NCBI GenBank assembly: GCA_036172245.1
Contig: JAYWIR010000029.1
Location: 2,666,001 to 2,730,000, forward strand
Origin: Raillietiella orientalis
Lineage: Eukaryota
Direction: 5' to 3'
Length of the DNA: 64,000 nucleotides
Part shown: piece by piece, positions 1 to 12,900 of the stretch
Layout: each line of letters begins with the position of its first letter
Numbering within the stretch: the stretch's first letter is position 1
The notes under the pieces: model-generated
What the model saw: the letters and a program-made list of their open reading frames with translations, nothing else
The model's database searches: none
Told to the model about the DNA's origin: nothing
Translations under genes and position numbers: made by a program

Positions 1-392
1 CACCCTTCCGCGCCCGAGCTGAGCTTCTCATCCGCGGCCGTGGTCTCCGGCGTAGCAGCGGCAATGGAGGGAGGCACCTCCAGGGAACCAATCGAACCGG
101 TCGACCTTGGGTTTCTCTCGTTCTGCCCTCAGGAGTCGACAGCTCGTTCCCCTCCGAAACGCTCTGCCAGGGCAAAGGGTGGTCTCCCCCCCCCCTTCCT
201 CCCTCTTCAAGAGAGGCAAGATACTGAGCAGCCTCTCCCTCGTGGCTCAGAGACAGGATGGATTTCTTCTTCGCGGTGTCTGCTGCTGCGTGCCGGCCAC
301 GTGCCTGCTATGCGCACAAGAAGAGGGAGGTAGGGGGTGTGGGTTGGAACAGAAGCTGCTCCGATAGCGAGGGAAGGAGTGATGCTGCTCAC

Positions 393-918
393 CTGTGCAA
401 GGTAGACGATGGTGTCCATGTCCGGAAAGTCCTTCGCGTTTTCCAGAAATCCGAAGTGAAGTCTGAGCTGCGCCATGATGAGGAAGGATCCCAGCAGCTG
501 GTGCTGACGGTGTTCCATGAAGTCGCTCAGCCATCGGAGATCCTCGGGGGCAGCAGCGCCGCGGAGGGTGGGCAAGGAAGGCAGCGACTGCCACCCATAC
601 TCAGAGACCAGGCGGCTCGGTCTGTACGTCTTCCACTCCCAGGTGTTGCCTATGTAGACGTAGAAGTGCGCTGGGGACAGCGGCCTGGAGCCTCCCCTTT
701 CCATCCCCGGGAGGAGCGACTCACTGTCTCCGTAGAGGGGGTCGTAGGGGTTGGTCGCTAAGTACCCCTCCCTCTCGGACTGCAGGCCGTTCGAAGGACT
801 GGACGTGAGGAACGGCCGGCTGGAGTCTTCGAGCAAGGTCTCCCGGCGGATAGTGTCCACGTAAAGCTTCCGGTAGTCGGCTTCGTACTGGGCGTGGTGC
901 TCACCAGTGGTGTTATAC
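393..918 (-). CDS. MANBA: MANBA exons 9-10 (918-725, 670-393)
   Basis: DYRKLYVDTIR...SRPFLTSSPSNG...YGD|THFY...SEYGWQSLPS...HRQH...IVYLAQ; donor CAG|GTGAG at 392. Confidence 0.93.
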
Positions 919-3900
919 CTGGGGAGATAACACTTCTCTTCGAGGGAAAGGGAAGCCCATTCCACTCCCCACCTCCCCCATACCTCAAGCGTCACGTTCC
1001 TTCCTTCCCAAACCCACTTTTCCCCTTTGTGCTCCCCTCCACCTAGCCTCTGCGCCCCCTCTCCCAGGCGAGAGGGCACGAACCGCTCGCCAGGAAGTTC
1101 CAGGACTTCCCGGCATCCTGCCATCTCTATCGGAGCGGGGCGATGCGCCCTCTCGAACGGGGAGGAACTCCCTGTGACGGGTGGGAAAGCGGCGTCCTCG
1201 AAGCCCTTCAGGATAGGGGGCACCCCGGTATAGGGGTCCGCCCTATGAACTCAGGAAAGGTCTCGGAGTCCGTTCCTCTCACGCTTGGGGAGGGATCCCC
1301 CCGGATGGAGGGGATCGCACCTTCCACCCTGGTTGCCTCCAAAGGGGAACCCTGAAGGGAATCTCCTTCCTCATTCTCTTCGGAGGGACACCCCCCTAAT
1401 GGGGAAGGCAGTCCTCTCCATTTCATCTTCTCCGAAGGGAACCCGCAAGGGAAGTGCTCCTGTTCACTCCTCTGAAGAGAACCCCGAAGGGATGCTTCCG
1501 AAACTCAGAGGGGGAGCTGCAGCTTCCCGCAGGGAATCGCTCTCGCTTGCTTCCTTGCACTCTATGAAGAGGCGACGACTCGGAGGAACCCCCGCAACAG
1601 GGGGGTCCGCTCCTTTGAACAACTGGAGAGGTGCCAGTGAAGGCTCCTGTTCCATCTTGAAACCGGAGGGGACCTCCGGTGAGGGAGGTTGCTCTCCGTT
1701 GTACGACCGGAGGGGGAACTCCCCACTCCTAGATTCCTGGAAGGACCCGAAGGTCGACTCCCATTGTTCCAGCCTTCATCAGGGGCCTCCTGGCTTAATC
1801 CACCGCCGGTGCCACGCCCGAATATCTGGGCCAACCAGCACCATCTTGCAGGAGAAACTCGGAACCCAACGACGCAGTGGCATCAGTTTCTGCCAGAGTA
1901 TTCGATCCCGCAACGCATGGTACCATGAGCGGAAGCCTTAACCACAAAGCCTCCGACGCGGGCTGGGAAGGAAAGGAGAGGAGACGGAAGCGCAGCTCAA
2001 GCGGGGCGGCGGTTTTCGAAAGAGCAGGATCTTCGGGATGGGACGGGTGCACACGAGGAGAGTGGGGGAATGCCTCTGCTGCCGCCTCTGCGCGGAGGAG
2101 CAAAAGTCGTCGCATCTTCTCCCCCCTCCTCTCTGTTGCTTTGGAGCCTGTGGAGCGCGGCGCCTCCTCGATGGCGGTCGGTTCTTCCCTCTCCTCTTCC
2201 CCCCCTAGCACGCACCCAGCCTCGGTTCCCCGGGGAAGGCACGCGGTCATCCTCCGAAGACGGGGGGCAGCGTGGCTGCAGCACCGCCTTCTTCGACCGT
2301 CATTCCCTGCCGCATCCTGCCCATCTCCTCGCCGGTCGATCGCCAGGCGCCTCAGCACTCCGTGGCAGAATCTCGCAGGAGGAACTGTAAGCTCCGAAAC
2401 TTGGCCTCCCCCCCCCCGTGGACGGCGCCGACAGCTGCATGCAAGGCGAGAGAACGCCTCCTTCCAGCTCCGGAAGCGAGTGAGTTGGCAGCCCATCTCC
2501 GGCCCTCCCCTCTGCATCCCGTCCCCAGGGATGGCCATCCAAGCAAGAAGCGCGATCAGCGCGTGTCCGCGAGGCACCAGGGGACTCAGATCTCGGAGGG
2601 GAAAGGAGAGAGATGTACGCATCCTCCAGGTGCATCCTCCCTGGAGGAGAGGTCGCCTCGCGAGTGCCTGAAGCTCCCGTGAGACCAACCCAGCTCCTCT
2701 CCCGATCGACGCTTCCCGGTTGCGCGCGCTTGGCAACTGCCCGAGAGAGTCCGGAGCAGCATCCGCAGCCGTCGCTCCGCTTTCCCCCCCGCGACTTACC
2801 GTACGGATCCTCCCTCCCATGCGTCCATCCTCTCCGGCCCGTAGGCACGCCTTGCTCGTCCATCCTGTTCCGGGATTCGCAGATACTACCGAAGGAAGCC
2901 AAGGCCACCTTGGAAGTAGCCAGAAAGGCGGACTGAGGGGTGAGAAACTCCCCGTCCGAGCTGCAAGCCGAGGGAATCTCTTCCCGGAGAAAAGGCGGGG
3001 GTTTCGTCGGCGGCACCGCATCCCGGTGGTCGGAGCGTCCCCCACTGACGCAAGCCCCCCCCCCCCAACTCGAAAACAGTCTCCCCATTACGGAAGCTTC
3101 CTTGCAAGGGGTGAACCATTGTTCCGCTCCTCGCTCTAGGGAGCACCAAGTCAGGGTGCCCCCTCCCTCCTTTACGCCCTTCATCTGCTCCTCCCCCCTT
3201 CCTTGCGACCTGGAGTCTCCCTTGGCATCCCTCCTTCGCCTTCCCTCCAAGCTCTTCTTCCCTTCCCAACTCGTCTCGTTTCCGCGGTTGCCGACTCGCC
3301 CCGCCATTGCTCAGGAGACCCTCTCCAGGCCGAGTGATTGTTGAGGCCGAGCGATTGTTGCTTCCGAATGTCTCATTGTTGCCTCTCGATTGTTGTCGCC
3401 GAACGCCACTCGCTCGAAACCAGATGCGTCCCACAGTTGCTGCCGACGGTTGGTGACGTCGCGGCCGCTCCCGCAGCAGGGCCTTCCTGTCCGACGGAAA
3501 ACCACCTTCTTAGTGGAATCCCGGGCACATCGTCTCTTCCCTCGTCTCCCCTCTCCAGACTTTTGCACCTGTCGAGCGCCTGCAGAATCCGACGACAACG
3601 ACGACGACATCCCGAGCTGCTTGTCACCGCAGGATCCCGCGGGAACCTCCTCACGGAGAGCTCTCTCATCGCTCCCCAGGCACACCCTGCATCTCTCCGG
3701 GTCTTTCTGGCTTCGGAGGGATGGGAGGGGGTCGCTCCGGATCCGTCCAGTCTTGGCGTAAGCCAAGACTGCAAGAGACCCTCACCGACGGAGGCACTCT
3801 TCCCCCCTTTTCTTCCCCTTTCCCGAGCCAGGTGGCCTGTCAAAGTGGGGAGGTGCAGAGCAGAGCAGGGGCAGGGGGAGGGGAGGGGAGGGACAGTCCT

Positions 3901-6900
3901 CTGCGTCTGTCAGTTCGCTTCCTCTGCTCTCCCCTTCCTTCGGAGAAAGGACCCAAGCAAATCGCTGTGCGAGGACCCTTGTGGAAGCTCCTCTCAGGGT
4001 TGCTACTCGAACGAGGACAGGGAAATTGGAGAGACACGCTCCTTCCGGTTCATCTCCCTACACCCCAGCAACTCTACCTCCCGGACCAAGGAGTGGTCCT
4101 TCGTTGCCTTCGTTTCGGGGCCCTCCGGCGTTCCTGGCGTTCCCCCCTCCCTGGCCCCCTTCTCCAATTGGAAGGAAAGAGGAGCTTCCCGCTGGCTCCT
4201 TCCGCCTCCGTCGGAACATCCGGAGACCCCTCCCACGGCACTCTGATGCACATGCACGGCTCCTGCTACTCCGCCTGCCCCACCGCGGACAGCACCCTGC
4301 GCCTTCGGTCCGTTGCCGTGGCAAAGGAAAAAAGTCCCGGAGGCACGCGTGCTCTTGGCGGCGGCGATGCTTCAGGCGCACCCTGGGAGCGGCCAGGCAC
4401 CAGGAGGACCGCGTAAAGAACTCCAGAGGGAGAGGGAGGAGGGGTCTGCACCAGACACGGGGTGGCGGCAGGGTGGATCCATAGAGCAATGGTGGAGGAG
4501 GCAGGAAGGGAAGGGCCATCGAACGGAATGGGGCTGCACCTTGGAATTCCAAGGGTTCGCAACGGCCGCTTCCGGAAACGCGGAGGCAGTCAAGGGAGAG
4601 TATCATGTACGCTGCCTGGGGGACAAAGAGTGGTTGCGTGTGCAAAACCTTTTTTGCCGCTTCCCGCCCTTAAGAAGCGAAGCCCGGACGTGAACCCGAC
4701 TCTCGAAGACTCCACTTCTTCGAACCCCTCTTTCTCATCTCCCCCTCCCCCCGCCCCTGTATGCGACCTCATTCGCTCCGGAAGCCGGCCACGGACTCAC
4801 CCTCTGCCCTGCGGCTTTCGACGGAGTCCCCCGGGTGTGCAGGCTCCAAGGACGTTGCCGCAGGATCGTTTGCGTCGCCCGGCTCGCCTGAGATGACCTC
4901 TCCTCCTCCCTCTCTCCTTCCCCCTTCCCGACCCGTGCCAGTATTTCTTCAAGATACTTCCAGGCCCAGTTCGCCAGTGAGCAGTTCAGAAGGTCATGGA
5001 AGACCATTGTGGCGCGCCCGGCCGCCAAACTCCTCCGAGGATTCGTGATCCCAGCATCGGGGTCACCCGGCATGCTGCACCCGGAAGGGGGCTCCCCGAG
5101 CTCCTTTCGAGGAGGCACCACCGGTCTTCAGCTTTGTCCCTCCTCCCAGGGCAGCCTGGGGCAAGAGTGGCGACGCCGCTCACCAATTTCTGCTCAGAGC
5201 CGCCTCGTTCTCGTTGTTGGCCGCCCAGACGAGGATGGAAGGGTGGCGCTGCAGCCGCCGCACCTGCTCCCGGACCTCTGTTCCCACGCTCTCCAGGAAA
5301 TCGTTGTCCACCGGGTACATGCTGCAGGCGAACATGAAGTCCTGCCAGATCAACAGCCCGAGGCGGTCCGCCAGCTGAAAAGCACGAGGGAGGCGGGCGT
5401 CAGAGGGGCTCCGCTGCGCAGTGCCTCTGTGCCACCGATGGGTGTGAGAAAGGGGGGGAGGATCTCGGGGGCGAGAAGGATGCGACCCTCTCGCGCGCCC
5501 CCTCGAAAGATTTTCCTTCCAGGGTGCGTCTTGCGTCCGTGCGGGTCCCGGCGAACTCGGGGCAGGGAGATGGAAGGCAGGAAGAAAAGAGGAGGAACGA
5601 AGAGGAGCGCCGAGACCCGCGCCGGCTTCCCTGATTCCCTGCCGCGGGAGGGACAGTTCGAAAAGGAAGCGGAAAATGCCGGAACATCCTCATCCTCCTC
5701 TCCAGGCAGAGGACCGGGTCTTCAGCGCGGCTGGGGTCTGGCCTACACTGATAGGAGCTGCAGCTGAACTCAACTTCCTCTCCCCCTCACCCGCGGTGGT
5801 CCTACAGTGTGCATCTTCTCAATGCCCCCCAGTGAACACGACGGGACACGGCAGCCATCCCCGGAGGTTCTCAAGGAGAGCCCGGACGCCAAGAAGACGC
5901 CTGGGGCCCCGCGGCGGTGGAGCGAAAAGAGTCGGCGATTCACCCTCTTCCCCGTCCCTTGTCCAGGCTGGGGTGGACTGCTCAGGGACGGACTTCATCT
6001 TCACTCTTTCGGCGTCCTCACTTCGGACGCCACTGGCCACACTAGACGTGCCTCTGGGCCACAAGGTCCTTCTCCCCTCTGAGCCGTGGGTCCCCTGGGC
6101 CGCCGCGGCAGCGCGCGCTCCCTTTCTCGGCCTCCTCTTTCCCGCAATCCTCGACCGAAGAAACCCTCCCCCTTCATTACCTGTGCACCTCCGGCACGCC
6201 CTTCCTCTCCTCGACCACCCCTCGGGCGCCACCCCCTCCAGGAGAAACCACCGTCCCTGCCTTCCTGGAAGCTGCCGCTACAAAAAACTGCGGGAGCGTC
6301 TCGAAAGCCTTCCGCTCGCAAGACGCGCGCAACGAGACAGACCTTTCCCTTCCCAAGTCGAGAGAGGGGAGAGAGAGAGGGGAGCCCCCGCCCTGCAGAA
6401 CGGGGACCCCCAGAGCAGCGGTCGGGTGTGCCCAGATCGTCACGTGGTCTTGGGGGCTGCGGCTAAGAAGCAGGAAAAGGGTCCCCAGAGAAGCAGCGGA
6501 CGGGATTCCGACAGGTGCGCTTTCGATGGTCCCATTTTCCCTCCTCCTCCATCCTTTCCCTTCTTTTTCTCGCAGGAGTAAGCGGAGAGTGGGAGCCACC
6601 TCCTGGCCAAGTGGAAAAGCCGCAGGGAAGCGAAAAGATCGAGGCAGAGACCTGAGGAACGACTCCAAAGACACTTCCGGAGTGCTTTTTTTTCTTTCTT
6701 TCTTTCTATTTTCCTATTTTTTTTTTTTCTTCTGGAACCTCGAAAAGAAAGGAAGACTCCCACCTCAAGGAATTCGAAACGCGAACCAGGGACCGGGAGG
6801 ACACGGACTCGCGCGCGGGCTGGGGGTGGGGTGGAGGCGTCTCGCACGGCTCCGCCAGACGGGAGCATCGGTGCGCCACGCTCGGCGGAGTCTCGCGCCA

Positions 6901-9900
6901 TCCCACAGTCGATCCGCATTCCGCCGCCTGCTGCCGCGATCGCCCCCGAGCGCCGCGGAGGTCGGTGGCGGTTCCGGCCGCAGTACGCCTCGCGCGCCGG
7001 TCCGGGGAGAGGGGGACCACTCCCGCGAAAAACGGCGGCCAGGAGCGGAGACCGGGCTCTTCCCGAACCGGGCCTCAAGCCAGCCTGCGGGAGAGGGGCT
7101 TTCCCCTTCATCTGCGGGCGCCGAGCACGCTCACGAAGACGGAGGTGCACGTAGGCTCTCTCCGAGCGGACAGGAGACCTTCGGCGAGGCGGGAGGGGGA
7201 GGAGCAAGGCGGAAAGACAGCCCCTGAGGGTGGTCTTCCTGCTGCCGCCGATGGCACCACCAACCGACCACCTTCCCGCGCGGCTGCCGGCTGGACGTGA
7301 GCCCTGGCGAGATACCGACCCAGGGAGCTCAGACCGACTTCTGGCGTTCCCGGAGAAAGGAGACGCCGCGCGTCCTCCTGAACCGCCGGGCCCCGTCTTT
7401 TCCCGACTCCGGCGGCAGCACGCGCCCTGAAGGGGACGTGAGGAACTGAGAATCCGGGAGCTTCCCCGTGTCCCGCGCGCGCACGCAGCTGCACCCGCCT
7501 AGAGCGAGCCAGAATCTCCCGTGAGCGCGCGTCGGACCCCTACCGGACAGTCACCCCTATTCTCCCCCTGCCAGCGCATCGGAGATCGCTGATTACGACC
7601 CCGAGGGGAGAGGGCGCCCCTGCAAGCATCCTCCTCCTCCAGCTTCGCGGAGTCCGATGTCCGAACTCGCTCCCGGTCCGCCCCGGAATTCCCAGCGGGA
7701 AAAAAACCGCGTGGTGCACCACATCTCTTCTCTCGGAACGGATGGCACGGCGAAGGAGCCCGGTACCTCCCCTTCTCCACGAGCTGCTGCGTCACACCGC
7801 GCAGGTGGGATCCACAGACGCACGCGTGCCCCGCGCTTGCAACTGCAGGTTCGAGACTAGGCCTCTTTTTTTTTCCGGGAGCCACACGCGTCTTCCGTGC
7901 ACCTTTGTCTCGGTAAAAACGCGCGTTCGAGGGAGGCGGCTGTGAACGCAAGCCCTGGGCGGCCGCACGCGCAGACAGCAGCCCAGCCGCCGTCTCCAGG
8001 CAACGCGGAGGTTCGACTGCCGAAAGCAGCCGCCGTGCACCTCCATCCGCGCTCGGGCGGGATCGTCCTCCGCGGCGGCGAGCACGCATTTGCCTTTCTG
8101 GCGTTCAGGCGTTCACCTCGCTTCCGCCCACGTGAGGGCGCACGAGGGAATCCAGCGCGGTCGCTCGTCTTTGCGGATACTCGTGCTCAGTCGCGACCCC
8201 GAGAGAGAGAGAGAGAAATGGAAGAAAGGAAGATAAGAACACGTGGGATGGAGGTGAGGGGTGACCTTGCAGCCTCGTCAAGCGACGACTTACGCTCGTA
8301 GTGCGTCTAACCTTTCATAGATGGAAGCGGCGGTAACCGCGCTGCCCCGATGCGAAATCAAGTTCTCCGCTTCACGTCACGTGTCTCTAGATTGAGGGAC
8401 GGAAGCCTCGGAAGTTCCTTCCCTATCTAGCGGAGGTTGCTGCTCGCAGTTCTCAGGTGCTGCAGCAATCCCTGATAACGAGAATCCCAGACAGGTCGGC
8501 TGGAGTGTCTCCTGGAAACAGCAGTTGCTTCGGAGGGCGTGCGCGTCATGTGAGCGCCTTGCAGCTGCCTCCGCGATGTCCTCCCCGCCTCACCTCTTTC
8601 CCCGAGCGCCATGTTCGGGAAATCTCGAGAGACCGCGTCAAGGGTTTCCGAGGAAAGAAAAACAGGTCCCCTCCTTTTATGCTGTAGACACCAAAGGCCG
8701 ACCCCTTTTTTTGATGCCGAAGAGTGACCCTCGCCTTAGGATGCCACCTGAAGGTTTCTTCTAGTTCGCCCAGCTGCCCGGTCCGCTCCAATGAGCCGCC
8801 GACGGAGATACCGGCAGTGTCGCCCACGTCGTGCCGCATACGAAACCACGCCACATCTTCTCCAGCCAGCTGGCGTTTTTTTCTTCTTTTGGCTCTTTCG
8901 TTCAGCCAATTTTTGTTTCCTTTTTCAAGGAAGGAAGAAAGAAAAAGGCGAGAAAATATGGAAAGCGGCTAAGTCGAGAAGAAAGGGAAGAAGCGTTCCT
9001 TTCACCTCTACAAACTCAACCGGCGCCCCTCCGGAGAGATGGCGAGGCGGCGAAGAACCGGCCGGACAGGCAGACAGAAGGCAGCACTCTTTTTTTTTTG
9101 CCCACAGACAGCGCCGGGAGGTGAAAGCGGTGAGACCGAATGGAGGAAGAGCAGAGGCAAGAAGACCTCGCGCGTCGGCGCGGCACCGGAAGAGGAGCAA
9201 GGGAAAGGGTGTAGAAAGGAACATTCCCAGACTTTCTGGAGAAAAGAGAGAGAAAGAGAGAACTGTCGAGGAGGGACAGTTCTCTCTTTCGGTTGGACGG
9301 AGGGACTCTCGTTACCACTGCAAAAGCCATGAGATTCACCGAGGCGGGTCCGACCAATCTCTGTATGTCATCGGGTGCACCGTTCCGGTGACGGACGCCG
9401 GCAGAGGAGATTCTAATGACCTGTTCCCCCCTTCCGGGAAGTGCAACTTGCAGAACACCCACATTTCTTCCCGACCCCAGGTCGTTCGACCACCTTTTTC
9501 GGAAGGAGACCCCATTCGTGGCTGCCTAGGGCATGCTCGTTCTCCTCGTCTCCTAGAAACGAGCACCTAGCAGAGAACCAGCATCCGAGAGGAGCCACCA
9601 AGTGCTTTTACCGTGTCCCTTCGAGCTTTTCCCCTAATCAGAGTAGGCTCTTCGCGAATGAAGACACCGGGGGACATTGCGGGGGCGGGAACGAGTCACT
9701 TGCTCCCTCCTCCTCAGCGAAACCGATGCGGAATGCTCATTTTGCGTGAACATCTGAGCAACCGCAAGATGCGAGCCTATCGAGACCTCAGAATCCATCA
9801 AACGTGATTTTTTTCTTTTCTTTCTTTTTCTTGCTTTCTTTTTTTCCACCTTTGAACGATGCCGCGGTTTGATACGCAGGTATCCAGAAGTGACTGTGGG

Positions 9901-12900
9901 AACCCTGCCAGCAGCGATATCTGCCATCTCCATTATATCGAAGTCTCTCGGGAATGCAGGGATTGGAAACGGGATCGATCCCCATGGTCAGCTGGGAAGG
10001 TCCCCGTTGGTCGTGTGGACCGGGAAGGAAGTCCGGACGCAAACTCCTGGAATGGGTCCTGCCTGCTCGAGCATTCCTAAACGACGTGCTCCCTGCAGGC
10101 GAAGCAACAGCAAACACCAGGCAGTTCGATCAAGGAGCTCGCAACCGTCTCGCCTTGCCCGAAGGTGTCCGCGGCACAACAACCGGGAAACCATGCGTGA
10201 ACTTCTCCCTTTGGAGAGTCACAGGTCACACCTCTGATCGTGGGAAAATTTGCTGTACGGGTCTTTCGTCCAACGGAGTCTCCCTCCCGTCCACATGGCC
10301 CACGAAGACGACTCGAAAGCCTCAGCCTCCGGTGTTCTCGTGAGGTGGGAACGCCTAACCACTTTCCGTGCCGCGACTAGTTCTCTCCTTGGTGGCGCTG
10401 GAAGGCGAATCGCAGGGCCACTGCCGGTATTTGCAAAAAGGAAAAGAACGAAGAAAGGGCAACCCGACGAGGAATTTCTCCAGAGCTGTTTCTTAAAGGC
10501 GTTGCGTTCAAACGCTGGGCTACTCCCAAGGGGATAAGTTCTCGGTATCCGGGAACTCAGTAGCCATTTCAAACAAATCGCTGCAGACGTTCAGAGCGTA
10601 CCCTGAGCAGAAGGCGGGCGGGGCTCGCAGAAAAAGTCTCTCGGGACCCAGACAATGACAAAAGGGGGAACTTGCATTGCCTTTGGCACCGCATCAGGGA
10701 CCAATTATCGGGCGACTGCCGGCTCCGTGGCTTTTAACCCGAGCCCCATTTTCACAAACGCGAACCACTGACTAACAACCAGCTGCCCAGAAAATTGAAT
10801 TGCAATTCTTGGGAAGCCAGGAAGAATACGTTGCATCGCGGCAAAGAGTATCCTCCAGGAACTGAAAAGCAGCCTGAGGGATCAGAGACGCACACTGGCT
10901 CGAATACGCGTGTACGCAGGGAAGAGCGTTGCTACGGACGCTCCCCGTTGTTGGCGGCCGGAGAAGCGCCTTCCGCACGCAAAGTGACTGCGCAAGAGCT
11001 CGGTCGATTGGTGCTGCGAGCTTCTTCGCATTGCGTGTTTTCCCTGCATCCACACCCCGCATGGATCCATAAAAATTCTGACCACATAATCGCAATTCTG
11101 TCGAATCTGCGAGCACCCTGAGCATTAAAAAAACACACACACACAGCAGCGGAAAAAAACGGCCCCAAATTTATGGCTGTTTGGAGGAGTGATCGAGGGA
11201 TGTTCCGGCCCCCTCAGTCCGCAAAGTTTGCTGTGGTCAGTTTGCCCGCGACCTTTGTGCTCCACTCTGAGCGCTGGAAGATCTCTCCAGAAGGAAATTC
11301 TCCAATTCCAAGGGGGGGCAGGCGTTGCGCGAACGAAAGACTGTTCCCGTGCTCAGCCTCCGTTTATTCGCAGAGCCCCCCACCTTCCACCAAAGAAAGA
11401 GTCATCCTCGTACGATCGAGTGAATTTCTCCTCACTGCTGCAATCAAAACACACGATCGAGACTTCATTCCGGCAGGTTATCGGGGATTGAGGAAGAAAT
11501 GAAGAGAAAGGAGGAGGGAGATGTTGGTGTACCTCATAAAAGTAGTCCGATTCGTATACTCCACCTCCCCACACCCGCAGGGCGTTCATATTTGCCCTCT
11601 TAGCTGCAGTCAGGTGCCGAAAAATGTGTGCTTCGTCCTGCATCATGCTGCTGCCTATCCAGTTAGATCCCTTCAGGAAGACGGGGACACTGTTGATTTC
11701 GAAATAAAACGTCAGTCCTTTTCCTGAAAGAAGTTCAATCTACCTTCAAGGCACTGTCGAAACTGGCCGGCCAACGTAACCTGCACGCTCCAGAAACCCG
11801 AGTCTGAGACCCCACCCCCCTTTTCATTATCTTTCCGAGACAGCATTTTCCACACCCTTCCCTCCCACCTCCCCAAAGAGAAAAAAATGGAGAGCAGCCG
11901 TTCCAACTCGTCCTACCGCGCCCTCCTTGCGCAAGAACGTGTCAAAATGTGGCTGGTTTGGAAGCGCTGTCTTGTCCGGGAGGGGAGGGGGGAAGAGGGC
12001 TTCAGTAGTTCCCCAATGCCCTCCCGGAAGCGTCCCACTTGATGCCCACCGTGCCTATGGTTCCGCGGAATAGATGGCCTCGAAGTGCAGGAGCTTAGTA
12101 CCGCTGGCTACCTTTCTCTTTTCCTTCCTCCCTGATCTTCTCGAGGTCCCATCCTTCCGGCCTTCAGTGCACCCCGCATGCGATGACCGCGTGCGACAGC
12201 GGTGGCGGTGACGACACTTCCCCCTTGCCCTCCCCCAGGAGGACGCGGATGTGGAAGACCGAAGAGCGCCTTCAGCCTTTCTCCTCCTCTTCTTCCCCGG
12301 TCCGCTTTCCGCTCTCCCCCTTTCCCGTCTGCGACTGCCGTATAAGTCCCGGTTCGCCTCCAGCTCCCTGCTCTCGCTCGCCTCCGTTCTTTCGTCCCTT
12401 CGCGTCTTCCCTCCCTCTCTCTCCCTCCCAGCTGTCTTCGATGCTTTCCGCCGGCTGCCTACATGCGCATGCGCGCGCGCGGTCGGGAAACTACCCGGAA
12501 CCTTCAGCGCCGGTCCGCCCGACGTCTCCGGACCAAGGCCATCCGCGCTGCTGGCAGGAACTGCACTCGATCACGCCGAGCGTTTGTTCTCATCAAGATA
12601 AAGAGGGGAAAAAAAGGAAAGGGGTGGGATACCGAGTCCCGCCGAGTCGAAGAGTTTCTTGGGAGGTGCCCACGAGGTCCGTGGACGGGACGGAGGGGAA
12701 CAAGAGAAGGAGAGGAAATGAAACAGAATGAACAGAATAACAGTTCCTGTTGGGGTTAAGGTGATCGTGAGCACCGCTGTGAGCTTCGGCGGAGAGGATC
12801 CCCGGACGTCGCTCTTATCCCCGCGCGGCCGCGTTCCCGCTCGGGAGGCAGCAGCTCCTGGGCTGCGTCGCTTCCCCCCCCCCTCCTCCTCCTCTCCCCT

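Noticed and set aside
1..392. Next MANBA exon (expected QAQCVKTETEFYRR-like)
   Set aside because: No homologous frame found; the region is intronic and the gene continues outside the window.
1150..1755. Repeat-spacer-like periodic array resembling CRISPR
   Set aside because: Units are highly degenerate with no constant repeat, there are no cas genes, and the context is a eukaryotic intron.
1000..1800. A minus-strand frame interrupted only by TGA codons, suggesting a selenoprotein or recoding
   Set aside because: TGA is the expected stop in GC-rich DNA. The region is a degenerate minisatellite inside an intron, and I saw no SECIS or protein homology.
7790..7874. GGTTCGAGACT B-box followed by a T-run, like a tRNA gene
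   Set aside because: No cloverleaf and the T-stem does not pair; at most a decayed Pol III or SINE relic.
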